Origin: a virus
Lineage: Duplodnaviria > Caudoviricetes
Direction: 5' to 3' (one strand)
Virus record (IMG/VR): IMGVR_UViG_3300017647_000010
Span: 1 to 34,238 of that record
DNA length: 34,238 nt
Positions 21,301-26,437 of this stretch are shown here, in pieces. Numbering within the stretch: the stretch's first letter is position 1; every line of letters begins with the position of its first letter. The translations under genes and the position numbers were made by a program. The notes under the pieces are model-generated. The model was not told the DNA's origin. It did not search any database and saw only the letters and a list, made by a program, of their open reading frames with translations.

Positions 21301-21603
21301 ACTCTTAACGGAGTCAATGGTATACCGCTTTGGGTCCAGTTTGATAGTCAATACTCGCTGTTGGACACTGCGGGCCGGGCATGGGTGGAGATTCGCGTGA
21401 ATGGTGTTACGTGGGAGTCGTTTGTCCTCGGACCGACACCGAACGGTCAGTATGAGAATTTCAAAACGTGGGAACGGGTGTCGTTCATTCGCTACTGGAC
21501 GGTATGGTCCGATGTCGTGACGATCGAACTGTGGGCTAGACCCCAGGACGGGGCGTTTTACTTCAAAAATCGAGCTTTACTGGGATTGGGATGCAAGAAA
21601 TGA
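9391..21603 (+). CDS. Giant tail tip / host-specificity protein J (central tail fibre), ~4070 aa, with repeats and multiple carbohydrate-binding-like domains
   Basis: The N-terminal ~900 aa have lambda-J hallmarks (DLIGEGQIGGL, YPNSA, NPAWILYDLLTNTRYGLG, YCDELV...EPRF, AFGCSSRAQARRVGKW) and FN3-like segments, followed by repeats. ATG 9391 after an A-rich leader is preferred over TTG 9361. Confidence 0.93.
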   Translation: MSQLELDAILGSGGEDDVHTPIEADDTIQSRAMVDFIDLIGEGQIGGLIDGEKSILIDGTPLQNADGSYNFQGVTTDFRDGRQDQTPMSGFREAGTAFAVNVQVKQGTPYTFTVDNIDADRVRVIMGFPALFSQNKENGDINGVTVEYKFAISTDDGPFVDVTAEENSGPVIQINDKTRSKAQRQHTLRLPKPGSMWKIRVTRLSADDADSSTSSQTFVDNYVEIVDTRFSYPNSAVVGIRIDSSLFNRIPPRAYWVAGIKIKIPSNYDSSTNTYVGVWDGTFKLESSSNPAWILYDLLTNTRYGLGKYIQSSQIDKASFYIAGRYCDELVDNGFGGLEPRFAINTSITKPVPAYTLIRDLASVFRSSVFWAGAGVQLTQDAPGNPVMLFNQANVSPEGFTYTGSARKDRHSVVVVTWNDPDNNFKSTPEYVDDPELVLRYGLRQQDIVAFGCSSRAQARRVGKWILYTESSESDLITFDVGLDAARVLPGEIIQIHDSMRAGRRMGGRAKSSTLTSLVTDAPVELQTTGASVFILTEDGELVERPLLQQRGTFTTLTWATPLPSPAVPNAVWIVSEPNLKPILARVMSVTEKPDSKSGPWFTITAVEHNPLKYAAIEQGIKLETPPTTIVDVRPAAPADIKFTTGRYQLAGDTLGVKGILSWFGTSPSYTVRYRRRGNPWVSVTADQPSLDIYNIEVDTYDFELTARSPLGKTSPVATFSVNVTPEGIELPEVQNLALEGTFTGFEAKIHWDRTPGANGYEVAVFVPAVNRIVRQVVLGNVQRYEYSADDMLMDGGPWRSVQFRVRARGLLGEHGPWKSLDALNPQVGPLQGIRLTGGIKAIYFQCDRPADADFAGVRAWISTDSAFVPSEATLAQDGSNYAMTISSLPDGSPLVGGTEYFVRFAGYDSFGKDALSISPSFAVTVESTELGPDSITAEMLQDEIIDTAKFAKGLEPVKKVSVVNSATPYQGVSTVMSESDGKLYRWDAAQSKYVATVPTTDITGQLTSDQIQSVVATKVTGQLTSDQIAALEAAKVTGQLVKDQIANNAITSDKIADAAITASKFGTGIEPVAEVSSVPTVRVTNTVFNKADGKLYRWDTEKTVTGNVNATWGGSPAVGASKVVAGDTYVSVAKTKTNSSESTAKGIVSVAAVGGVYSFVAKLLADTSNTISIGIGAIDDGSGGIWGTDATTTVRILSGPGVLDLRVGSLARITGLSATVPTVVEVSRSYQGVVSVSAYIYPGGHSSTVVGAANFVGPILAGRSSYKATLDAADINGTLSSAQVESLAASKITGQLSDAQLQAISAAKIAGQLVGSQIAAGALDATKFASGVEPIAIVSSLPPASGYSGPKVVMFQGKLYRYSSGAWSAAVPATDVSGQLTDAQLGGISASKIAGQVASAQIAAGSITADKFGSGLEPVTTVTSVPASKSTNLIYNSTDKKMYRWDGTKYVATVASSDISGTLNDAQLGGISASKISGAIQDSQIAGIAANKVSGQLTDSQISGVSASKIAGTITSAQIAGVEASKVTGQLTDAQLAAISGAKVTGQVPAAAIPAGSIDASKFASGIEPIATVTSVPTAKLTSTIYNTTDKKLYRWNGTAYTAAIDSADINGTISGAQIDGIAASKVTGQLSDSQLQSISAAKIAGQVVAGQIQSGAVTPSKLAGMTAGFALNADPQASDPAAWVSHYGHDISGSFITLDDGAVGRTAVRKVGGQGSASFWNYTAERIPVVGGQRYRFSAKFRRSPDADGSDRFTCRRYGPAGNYIDYVYSDTLGVPGTGEWVEREWLWTAPLTCNSVSPGFSINHNGTVGWADMQDFRFEAVLPAGLLLDGVITSTKISDGAISTPKLAAGAVIAEKIAAKTISADKLVLGTVSDNLVYNGNPDVEDLNGAGWWAYQTSGAGGVMLSRNTSLAGMGAKRLSIEKAALADGIGIASRPFAVVPGKAYEIRFVAGASSATTVGRYFRVIHGPTLDPLTGQLPYPSSVTNLVNANTAWDSAIQPYSFTWVAPEGVNWAALSIYSWINGPLTIYLDNVEIYSTTAATIIRPGSIYADSIVAGSLSATQIAAGAITAEKLAVNAVTAAKIAADAVTAANIQAGAIQTAKLAAGAVSADKIAASAVTADKLAANSVTAGKIATDAVTAGTVAAGAINARELAAGAVTTAALAAGAVTADTVAANAITTPKIAAGAVTAAQIAAGSVQATQLAAGAVTADKVAANAITADKIASNAVTAAKIVSGTITGDKIASKTITSQNLLVTPANLIPNGNFETGDVSNWLPYSNPANQEILEGTAASVPAGAPTRFVMRMWSGTVSIFTHGGSYSASHWGNDGIPVRPGEKYYVSLRVAKSADLALSDAVSILTYYRTADDTNVQPGQRFNVNAAGITSNWMELGGVVTVPAGAARMRFYIYANQITAGSLFVADMRAWRVADATIIADGAITTAKIQAEAVTANELAASSVTAQKIVGGAVTAEKIAANAVTADKLDANAVTAAKIAAGAITSDKIAANAIQSSHLSVLAKSLLNNWSQTRTLDGWQNMQPGIGALDLVDDPLGIYPVGSVLRFRSTGNAYIFSDMIDVDPAKTYRLTLDIYSPAGSPNTRYVGFYALRNTSEAYQAVTPFFQASRTFGTPTSNPYFYSASVANSGWVRIVAYIIGHNVEASEIPEAVNANSFRMTAATNKIRLRLLNYNGSTANPLDTFVFGPSLTEIGAGMIHGTQIVAESISADQIKANAVTTAKIAASAVTANELAAGSVTAAKIVAGAVTTDKLAANSVTANELAANAVTAGKVAAGAISATELAAGAVTAEKLLIKGIGAALNPDPHLQDAALWAKSNGAGGSVTAMPVVKKVADAYVGDSVLEATVHSWRYYDDHKWPIDPTKTYLLEVVARRLTGTASFYGCWRFFDQAGNVLLAQAGQGWPGTNSNNYYFPSGTALDSTWTRIARAMGPAGDMQIPANAAFMAFNPIFGYTTGGTQQLGMVRVTEMARGELIVDGAVTATKIAAGSVITDKLAASAITADKLAANSVTAVKIAAGAIETAKLAAGAVTTDKLVAQAVTADKLAVNSVTADKLAANSVTAGAIAANAVTADKIDSRGLSIKDAAGNVILAAGTPLTNTENSVLSIANPAGGSYSGPATATGAIKITLPQSWTSTMMRFRVEIYNYANGSSTSYEVGGYNYQTGVWISHFATANGDPTRVMPVRFGHDGSKCCIWIGEPTTTWQYAKVVVKDFIAGHGAITPSLWQTGWSITVDVAAPTNVSAAVLKPVPGGAMSGIDQITAGNATTFIASAAIQSAMIDSLHGNKIQANSITAGQIAANAITADKLVSGAVTADKIAANAVTATAIQAGAITAQKVAANAITSDKLLIGMGSNLVPNPEFATGDLSGWVNNGANTVVPASTTGVPPGPPALNVLRLTGAGFVQTHSTLYSAAGATTDGIPVVQGEKYLVTMTAAIKAGTAVTLARLTAVGTSYTGAAVALTVRDNIPVTTSWADYTAIITVPAGWARMMVIVYLRSSSGECYLGRLKIERISGATMIEDGGITTDKLAANSVTTAKIATGAVTANEIAANAITSAKIAAGAITANELAAGAVSADKVAADAITAIKIKAGEVTLDKLAANSVNASKIVAASITGDKLVANTITADKIAATTITGDKLAATTITGDKIAAATITAEKLAANSVTADKLSAGSVTAEKIAAGAISADKIEVGYNENLVLNAGLFSGRAVSPDNWTLYGGVLSGHGYAVTGQNVYAGNRIPNISTLELVQTDGYSTGNPDADWGEIVSDHVACSPGERFEFSCYTANHRCSSRVGIQFLNSAGTWIAETWVNGANVAGSTSILDWGRVGGFEVAPANAAFVRISLRKQATNSGSITSSSFFVCPMLARAPSGKTQLSNWKDNSNIIRLSGGRITTPSIQALAGDLGTLQVGTANIADLSVSTLKIQDRAVTVPAAFVDLNEITLLDDQFRWFAGITLNGVNGIPLWVQFDSQYSLLDTAGRAWVEIRVNGVTWESFVLGPTPNGQYENFKTWERVSFIRYWTVWSDVVTIELWARPQDGAFYFKNRALLGLGCKK
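12226..14390 (+). repeat. Protein-level repeats in J: five KFxxG[IL]EP...KLYRW modules separated by 17-aa ITGQLTDAQLxxIxAxK repeats
   Basis: DGKLYRWD, DGKLYRWD, QGKLYRYS, DKKMYRWD and DKKLYRWN near 12331, 12667, 13459, 13708 and 14161. Confidence 0.85.
14884..20510 (+). repeat. Blocks of 10-aa (AVTADKIAAN-like) repeats in J separating globular domains
   Basis: Long runs at about 15535-16165, 16700-16940, 17545-17820, 18367-18665, 19290-19485 and 20000-20510. Confidence 0.9.
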
Positions 21604-22208
21604 AGGCACAACACCACTATGGAAGAATCGGCGATGACGGGGCAATTCTGGGCGTGCAAACCACTCCTGAACCTTTGGATCCCCCGCCTTCAGGTTGGAT
21701 CAAGATGCCGGACGGCGCAGATAAGACGACCCACTACGTGGTCAATGGCGTGCTGTTTCCGTATCCGGACGATGTCGCTTCGAGCTTGCGTGCAGGCCCG
21801 CCGTTCCCAGGCGCGCTTTGGTCTGTAGCGAAATTCGGGTGGGTCGATCATCGAACTCTCGCTCAAGCAAAGACGCAGAAGCTGTCAGAAATCAATCAAG
21901 CGTTCCAGCGCGAGGCCTCGACGTTGATCGCTGGCTACCCGCAAGGCGAGACGCTCACTTGGGGCATTCAGCAATCCGAAGCGCTAGCCTGGCAGGCGAA
22001 CGCGAATGCCGCCACGCCATACCTCGACGGTCTTGCGGACTCGCGCGGGATAGACAGGGGGCAAATGCGTCAGAAGACTCTTTCGAAAGTCCTGATGTTC
22101 ATGGAGACGTCTAGAGCACTGGTTGGCACCCGGCAGAGGCTCGAAGATGAGGTTAACGCGGCTCAGAGCATTGATCAGGTATCGCAGATTTCTTGGCCGG
22201 ATAGTTAA
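21600..22208 (+). CDS. Tail fibre assembly / chaperone-like protein
   Basis: ATG 21600 overlaps the J stop (ATGA). The C-terminal LAQAKTQKLSEIN...YPQGETLTW..QQSEALAW...TPYL...RG...LVGTRQRLED...ISW is typical of fibre-associated proteins. Confidence 0.7.
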   Translation: MKAQHHYGRIGDDGAILGVQTTPEPLDPPPSGWIKMPDGADKTTHYVVNGVLFPYPDDVASSLRAGPPFPGALWSVAKFGWVDHRTLAQAKTQKLSEINQAFQREASTLIAGYPQGETLTWGIQQSEALAWQANANAATPYLDGLADSRGIDRGQMRQKTLSKVLMFMETSRALVGTRQRLEDEVNAAQSIDQVSQISWPDS

Positions 22209-22250
22209 GTAAGAACTATAATTCTCAGCATGGAGAGATTCTCTCTCCAT
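22201..22250 (+). promoter_or_regulatory. Putative promoter with a variant palindrome and a 5' mRNA hairpin
   Basis: ATAGTT-N7-AACTAT (22201-22219) overlaps TATAAT (22217-22222). A perfect hairpin ATGGAGAGA-TTC-TCTCTCCAT follows at 22230-22250. Confidence 0.45.
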
Positions 22251-22293
22251 TGGGGTAGGCAGTCCACAAATCTAGAATAAGAAAGGACATATC

Positions 22294-22614
22294 ATGGCAG
22301 TCAAGGGCATTCAAAAGACGCTGGAAGACGAATCCACAGGCGCACCGATCAGCTTCTTCAGGCTGGTTCAGTATCAAGTCGACAAGCGATCGAACGCATC
22401 TTTCGGTCTTCTGGCGGGCTACGTCAGCGAAGCAAAGTTCGATGAGGGGAAGAACCCGATGTCGACTATCAGTGTAAGTCTGCAGGGCTTCCCTGAGCCC
22501 GGTGCCGACACCGAGTCGTGGATTTACGGGCAGGTGATTTTGCCTGCTGCTGAAGGATCGCCCGAGAATGTGTTCGAGGGTGGCACTTTGGTGCAACTTC
22601 CAACCGCTAATTAA
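22294..22614 (+). CDS. Hypothetical phage protein (possibly virion-associated)
   Basis: 106 aa with an AAGGA RBS, between the fibre and lysis genes. Confidence 0.7.
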   Translation: MAVKGIQKTLEDESTGAPISFFRLVQYQVDKRSNASFGLLAGYVSEAKFDEGKNPMSTISVSLQGFPEPGADTESWIYGQVILPAAEGSPENVFEGGTLVQLPTAN

Positions 22615-22616
22615 GT

Positions 22617-22654
22617 AAGTAGTTATTTACTTTCGGCGCGTCTCGCGGTATGAT
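22617..22654 (+). promoter_or_regulatory. AGTA-N6-TACT palindrome overlapping a putative lysis-cassette promoter
   Basis: AAGTA-GTTATT-TACTT (22617-22632); TTTACT (22626-22631), 17 bp, TATGAT (22649-22654). Confidence 0.6.
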
Positions 22655-22681
22655 CGGCGGACAATAAGAGATATTTTCGAA

Positions 22682-23029
22682 ATGTCCGCACAACAAGAAC
22701 AAAGCGCGCGCGGCTCTTACATCGAGCAGCGATTGGCAGGAGACATAGACGAGCTCCGGACCAGCATGGCGAGAATGGCAGAAGCGCTGACCCATCTCGC
22801 CATCCTGGAAGAACGCTACCAGAACATTCATATCAACCAGACTCGCCTTCTGGAGAAGGTGGAGGCCATGGTTGACCTTTACCAGGTCGTGAATACCGAG
22901 CAGGTCAAGTTGAAGGCGACGCTCTCGACGACATGGAAGGCCTTGTGTGTCGCCTGGGCGGTCCTGGGAACGGGGGTCATCTCCGGCGTCGCGGCACTGA
23001 TTCACTACGCTACGGGCATGGCGCCATGA
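22682..23029 (+). CDS. Coiled-coil membrane protein at the head of the lysis cassette (holin/antiholin-like)
   Basis: Helical N-terminus and one C-terminal hydrophobic segment (ALCVAWAVLGTGVISGVAALI). Its stop overlaps the endolysin ATG. Confidence 0.6.
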   Translation: MSAQQEQSARGSYIEQRLAGDIDELRTSMARMAEALTHLAILEERYQNIHINQTRLLEKVEAMVDLYQVVNTEQVKLKATLSTTWKALCVAWAVLGTGVISGVAALIHYATGMAP

Positions 23030-23448
23030 ACACGCCCATCACACTCAAGGAGTTCTACAAGGGTGATAGGGATGTCGTTTATGCCGACCAACTCACACCC
23101 GAGATCCAAGCCCAAGTGCTGCGCACTCTAGAGCGCGCGAACGCGCTACTGGCCGTGTTTTACGAAGCCAATCCGGGAGCATACCGCCGCGGTTGCAACT
23201 CGGGTTGGCGTCCGCCCGCAGTGAATGCCGCCACAAAGAATGCGGCAAAGCTATCGAAGCACATGACGGGGCACGCAATTGACATAGCGGACCCTGACGG
23301 CACTCTGGATAAGTGGTGCATGACCCCAGCCGGGCAGCAGGCACTCACCGATATCGGTCTCTGGCTGGAGCATCCAAGTGCCACCCCAACATGGTGTCAT
23401 GTGCAGACGGTCCCGCCCGGCTCCGGCAGGCGTGTTTTCTATCCGTAG
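23026..23448 (+). CDS. Endolysin, peptidase M15 family (Zn peptidoglycan peptidase)
   Basis: NSGWRPPAVN...SKHMTGHAIDI...WCHVQ gives the H-x6-D...H Zn ligands of M15 peptidases. Start at ATG 23026 (ATGA overlap). Confidence 0.85.
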   Translation: MNTPITLKEFYKGDRDVVYADQLTPEIQAQVLRTLERANALLAVFYEANPGAYRRGCNSGWRPPAVNAATKNAAKLSKHMTGHAIDIADPDGTLDKWCMTPAGQQALTDIGLWLEHPSATPTWCHVQTVPPGSGRRVFYP

Positions 23449-23456
23449 GGATCGGT

Positions 23457-23678
23457 ATGGGCGACAAGATCAAGCAACTGCTGGATATCACCATGGTGAA
23501 CGAGCTGGTCAGGCCGCTGCTGACGTTCATTATCACGACGCTCTACAACCTGATCCTGGCATGGGGCGTGGTGACGAATCGAATGACGTTTACTGAATAC
23601 ATTCAGGCCACTGGCACGGTGAACGGCATCATCGTTGGTTTCTGGTTTGGCGAGAAGAAGGGCGGCAACAAGACATGA
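23457..23678 (+). CDS. Holin (two transmembrane helices)
   Basis: 73 aa; VRPLLTFIITTLYNLILAWGVV and GTVNGIIVGFWFG with a basic tail. Lies between endolysin and spanin. Confidence 0.7.
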   Translation: MGDKIKQLLDITMVNELVRPLLTFIITTLYNLILAWGVVTNRMTFTEYIQATGTVNGIIVGFWFGEKKGGNKT

Positions 23679-24250
23679 CAACTTGGCTGAGCCGGATAGC
23701 GGGGTGGTTGATCGCCGTGGGTGTGGCGTTCGCAATCGGCTGCTACGTGGGTTATGACTTTCGTGACGACCGAGTGCAAGCGGCTCAAAATGAGGAGTTA
23801 CAGCAGGTCGCTGTCCAGATCAATCAAGATGTGGTGAAGTCCGCCGAGGCTGAAGTCAGCCTCGTGAGCGAGACGACGGAAATTGCCAAGAACATCGACG
23901 CCATCAAAACGCTGGCGGTTAAGCGAGTCAAAGCGAAGGAGAATTCACGTGAGCTGCCGACCTTGGAAACGGTTGTTGTTCGTCCTGTCGAACCTGTTGC
24001 TTTTGTCGACGTTGGCACTGTCTGGTTGCTCGACGCAGCCCGTCGTAACGAGCCCCTTCATTCCGCCTCCATCAGCGATGAAGCAGCCGCCGAAGCTTCC
24101 GACGTTACGCTATCCGAGTTCGTCGAAAATGACCTCGAAGTCGTTAAGCTCTACCACCAGCTTGCAAGCGAGCACAGAGCCCTGATCGAGGCTGTAAAGA
24201 GCGAGATGCGCAAGCGCGAACAGGTCGTTCCCAACTACGACGCACCCTAA
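23675..24250 (+). CDS. Inner-membrane spanin (Rz-like)
   Basis: N-terminal TM segment followed by a helical periplasmic region; contains an out-of-frame lipoprotein gene. Confidence 0.78.
   Translation: MTTWLSRIAGWLIAVGVAFAIGCYVGYDFRDDRVQAAQNEELQQVAVQINQDVVKSAEAEVSLVSETTEIAKNIDAIKTLAVKRVKAKENSRELPTLETVVVRPVEPVAFVDVGTVWLLDAARRNEPLHSASISDEAAAEASDVTLSEFVENDLEVVKLYHQLASEHRALIEAVKSEMRKREQVVPNYDAP
23949..24185 (+). CDS. Outer-membrane spanin (Rz1-like lipoprotein), embedded in the i-spanin gene in the +1 frame
   Basis: AAGGAG RBS (23936-23941), GTG 23949, signal KRLLFVLSNLLLLSTLA, lipobox LSGC and a Pro-rich mature region (SPFIPPPSAMKQPPKLP). Confidence 0.82.
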   Translation: MSCRPWKRLLFVLSNLLLLSTLALSGCSTQPVVTSPFIPPPSAMKQPPKLPTLRYPSSSKMTSKSLSSTTSLQASTEP

Positions 24251-24271
24251 GCCACCGGAAGGTGGCTTTTT
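24249..24271 (+). terminator. Rho-independent terminator after the lysis cassette
   Basis: AAGCCACC-GGAA-GGTGGCTT followed by TTT (GNRA loop). Confidence 0.8.
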
Positions 24272-24307
24272 CCTATTTCCCAACAACAAAAACTACAAGG
24301 AAACCGG

Positions 24308-25636
24308 ATGTCCAATCACGGTCGATTCATTGGCGTCTTCAATGACGTCAAGCGCTATCCCACTCTCGCAGACGTTGCGCAGGAGCTTGGCCTCTCGATC
24401 CAGACAGTAAAAAACAAGGCCGGGCTACTACGGCGTCGTCCCGAGTATGCTGGTGTTCTGGTGGACCGGAGCGGCCGGGTGCCGCTCTCGGAGAATACCA
24501 AGAAGATTACCGCTGATTGGACGGCGGAGCAGTGTATCGAGGAGCTACGCCGGGTCGTCAACTTGGACCTCGACAGGGTTGTCACCCGGAACTACTTCCG
24601 TGTCCACGGCCTGATTGCGGAGTCAGTGTGGAATCGACACTTCGGCACTTTCGAGGAATTCAAGCGTCAGGCTGGCGTCAAGCTCTCGCGGCAGCAGCAT
24701 GCGCACGAGCGAGCGATTGCCAAACACGTCTCAGTCGATCACTATCGAAAGCTGAATGAGGAGCGGGCAGACTGGGGCGACAAGTTCATTCGCCAGAACA
24801 GCGCCCGTTTCAAAACGATCCTGGTGTGCTCGGACCTCCATGACATCGAGATTGACCCGTTCTACCTGCGGGTGCTATTGGATACTGCGAGACGCTCCCA
24901 GCCGGACGTTATCGCGCTGGTGGGCGACATCTTCGACCTCCCCGAGTTTGGCCGGTATGGGGTCGATCCCCGGGAGTGGAACGTAGTTGGCCGCATTTCC
25001 TTTGCACATCAGAGGATTCTCGGTCCTCTACGTAAAGCGTGCCCTAATGCCCAGATCGATTTGATTGAGGGCAACCACGAGGCGCGACTGCTCCGGCATC
25101 TTGCGGACGCAACGCCGGCCATGCGTGCCGTGCTGGCTGACCTTCACGGTTTTACTGTGGGGAAGCTTCTCGGTCTGGAACAGTTCGAGATCAACTACAT
25201 CGCCAAGGCAGACTTGGCCGCCTTCACGAAGCGGGATTTCGACAAGGAGTTGGCCTCCAACTACAAGGTCTATTTCGAGTCCGTCTTGTGCCACCACTTC
25301 CCGCACGCCCGCACGATGGGGTTACCCGGGGTTAATGGTCACCACCATCGCCATCAGGTGTGGTCCGAGTTCTCGCCGATTTACGGCCCCTATGAGTGGC
25401 ACCAGCTTGGGGCTGGGCATCGCCGGAAGGCCTCCTATTGCGAAGGGGAGAAGTGGCATAACGGGTTTGCGTTGGTCAACGTCGACACAGCCACCCGTGC
25501 GGTTGGCTTCGATTACATCCCTGTGGGAGATTTCGCCGTCACTGGTGGCAAGTGGTATCACAGGGCTGCCGAAGAACGGGATGCCGCAGTTCCGGCGCCG
25601 CTGATTAGCGAGGCAAAAATTTCGGCTGTTAAGTAA
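24308..25636 (+). CDS. HTH-containing calcineurin-like metallophosphoesterase
   Basis: N-terminal HTH (TLADVAQELGLSIQTVKNK) and a helical repeat (WTAEQCIEELRR...RHFGTFEEFKRQAG), then motifs SDLH, GDIFD, GNHE, HH and GHHH. Confidence 0.85.
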   Translation: MSNHGRFIGVFNDVKRYPTLADVAQELGLSIQTVKNKAGLLRRRPEYAGVLVDRSGRVPLSENTKKITADWTAEQCIEELRRVVNLDLDRVVTRNYFRVHGLIAESVWNRHFGTFEEFKRQAGVKLSRQQHAHERAIAKHVSVDHYRKLNEERADWGDKFIRQNSARFKTILVCSDLHDIEIDPFYLRVLLDTARRSQPDVIALVGDIFDLPEFGRYGVDPREWNVVGRISFAHQRILGPLRKACPNAQIDLIEGNHEARLLRHLADATPAMRAVLADLHGFTVGKLLGLEQFEINYIAKADLAAFTKRDFDKELASNYKVYFESVLCHHFPHARTMGLPGVNGHHHRHQVWSEFSPIYGPYEWHQLGAGHRRKASYCEGEKWHNGFALVNVDTATRAVGFDYIPVGDFAVTGGKWYHRAAEERDAAVPAPLISEAKISAVK

Positions 25637-25655
25637 GTAAAAATATACTTACAAT
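25635..25655 (+). promoter_or_regulatory. AGTA-N6-TACT palindrome adjoining a -10-like TACAAT upstream of phoH
   Basis: AAGTA-AAAATA-TACTT (25635-25650), TACAAT (25650-25655). Confidence 0.6.
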
Positions 25656-25684
25656 TGAGAGAGGAAGTGAATCAAGAGCGACGT

Positions 25685-26437
25685 ATGGCGAAGCAGAAAA
25701 ACAGAACTAACAACCGCCAATCGAGGCGCTCCACCCCGGGCCATGAAGACGGGGAAGAGATGACCTTCTACAGCAGACCCAGGATCGACAGGAGCCCCAT
25801 CAAGGCTAAAAACAGGAACCAAGAGCGCTATATCAATGCGATCACCGACAAGACGCTCACATTTGCCACCGGCCCTGCTGGCACGGGTAAGACCTGGGTT
25901 GTTACGGCCATGGCGGTGGAGGCGCTACTGTCCGGCGACAAGGAAAAGCTGATCATTACTCGACCGGCGGTGGAGGCAGGGGAGGAAATGGGTTTTCTCC
26001 CTGGAGAAATCAACGAGAAGTTCGATCCCTACCTTCAGCCCTTCAAGGACGTCTTGAACGAGCGCCTGGGGCGTTCCCACGTGGAAGGGATGATCAAGTC
26101 CGGGAAGATTGAGGCGGCGCCCCTAGCTTACATGCGGGGCAGGACTTTTCGGGACGCCTTTGTCATCCTGGATGAGGCTCAGAACACGACGCCAACTCAA
26201 ATGAAGATGTTCTTGACCCGAATCGGAGCGAACTGCACGGTCGTGGTTAACGGGGACATCAACCAGAAGGACATCAAGGGCGAATCCGGGTTGCGGGATG
26301 CCGTGCGCCGGCTTTCCTACATTCCCGCCGTTGCCCACATCGAGTTTCGAAGAGATGACATCGTCCGCAGTGGCCTGGTAGCGGAGATCGTCCAAGCATA
26401 CGACAGGCCGGACCACGAACTAAGGGAAATGGAATGA
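25685..26437 (+). CDS. phoH: PhoH-family ATPase
   Basis: GPAGTGKT, RPAVEAGEEMGFLPG, PLAYMRGRT, ILDEAQN, MFLTRIG, GDINQKD, DIVRS. ATG 25685 is preferred over TTG 25655. Confidence 0.96.
   Translation: MAKQKNRTNNRQSRRSTPGHEDGEEMTFYSRPRIDRSPIKAKNRNQERYINAITDKTLTFATGPAGTGKTWVVTAMAVEALLSGDKEKLIITRPAVEAGEEMGFLPGEINEKFDPYLQPFKDVLNERLGRSHVEGMIKSGKIEAAPLAYMRGRTFRDAFVILDEAQNTTPTQMKMFLTRIGANCTVVVNGDINQKDIKGESGLRDAVRRLSYIPAVAHIEFRRDDIVRSGLVAEIVQAYDRPDHELREME

Noticed and set aside
20500-22614. Diversity-generating retroelement or invertible tail-fibre cassette
   Set aside because: No reverse transcriptase, invertase, template repeat or inverted fibre fragments were seen in this window.
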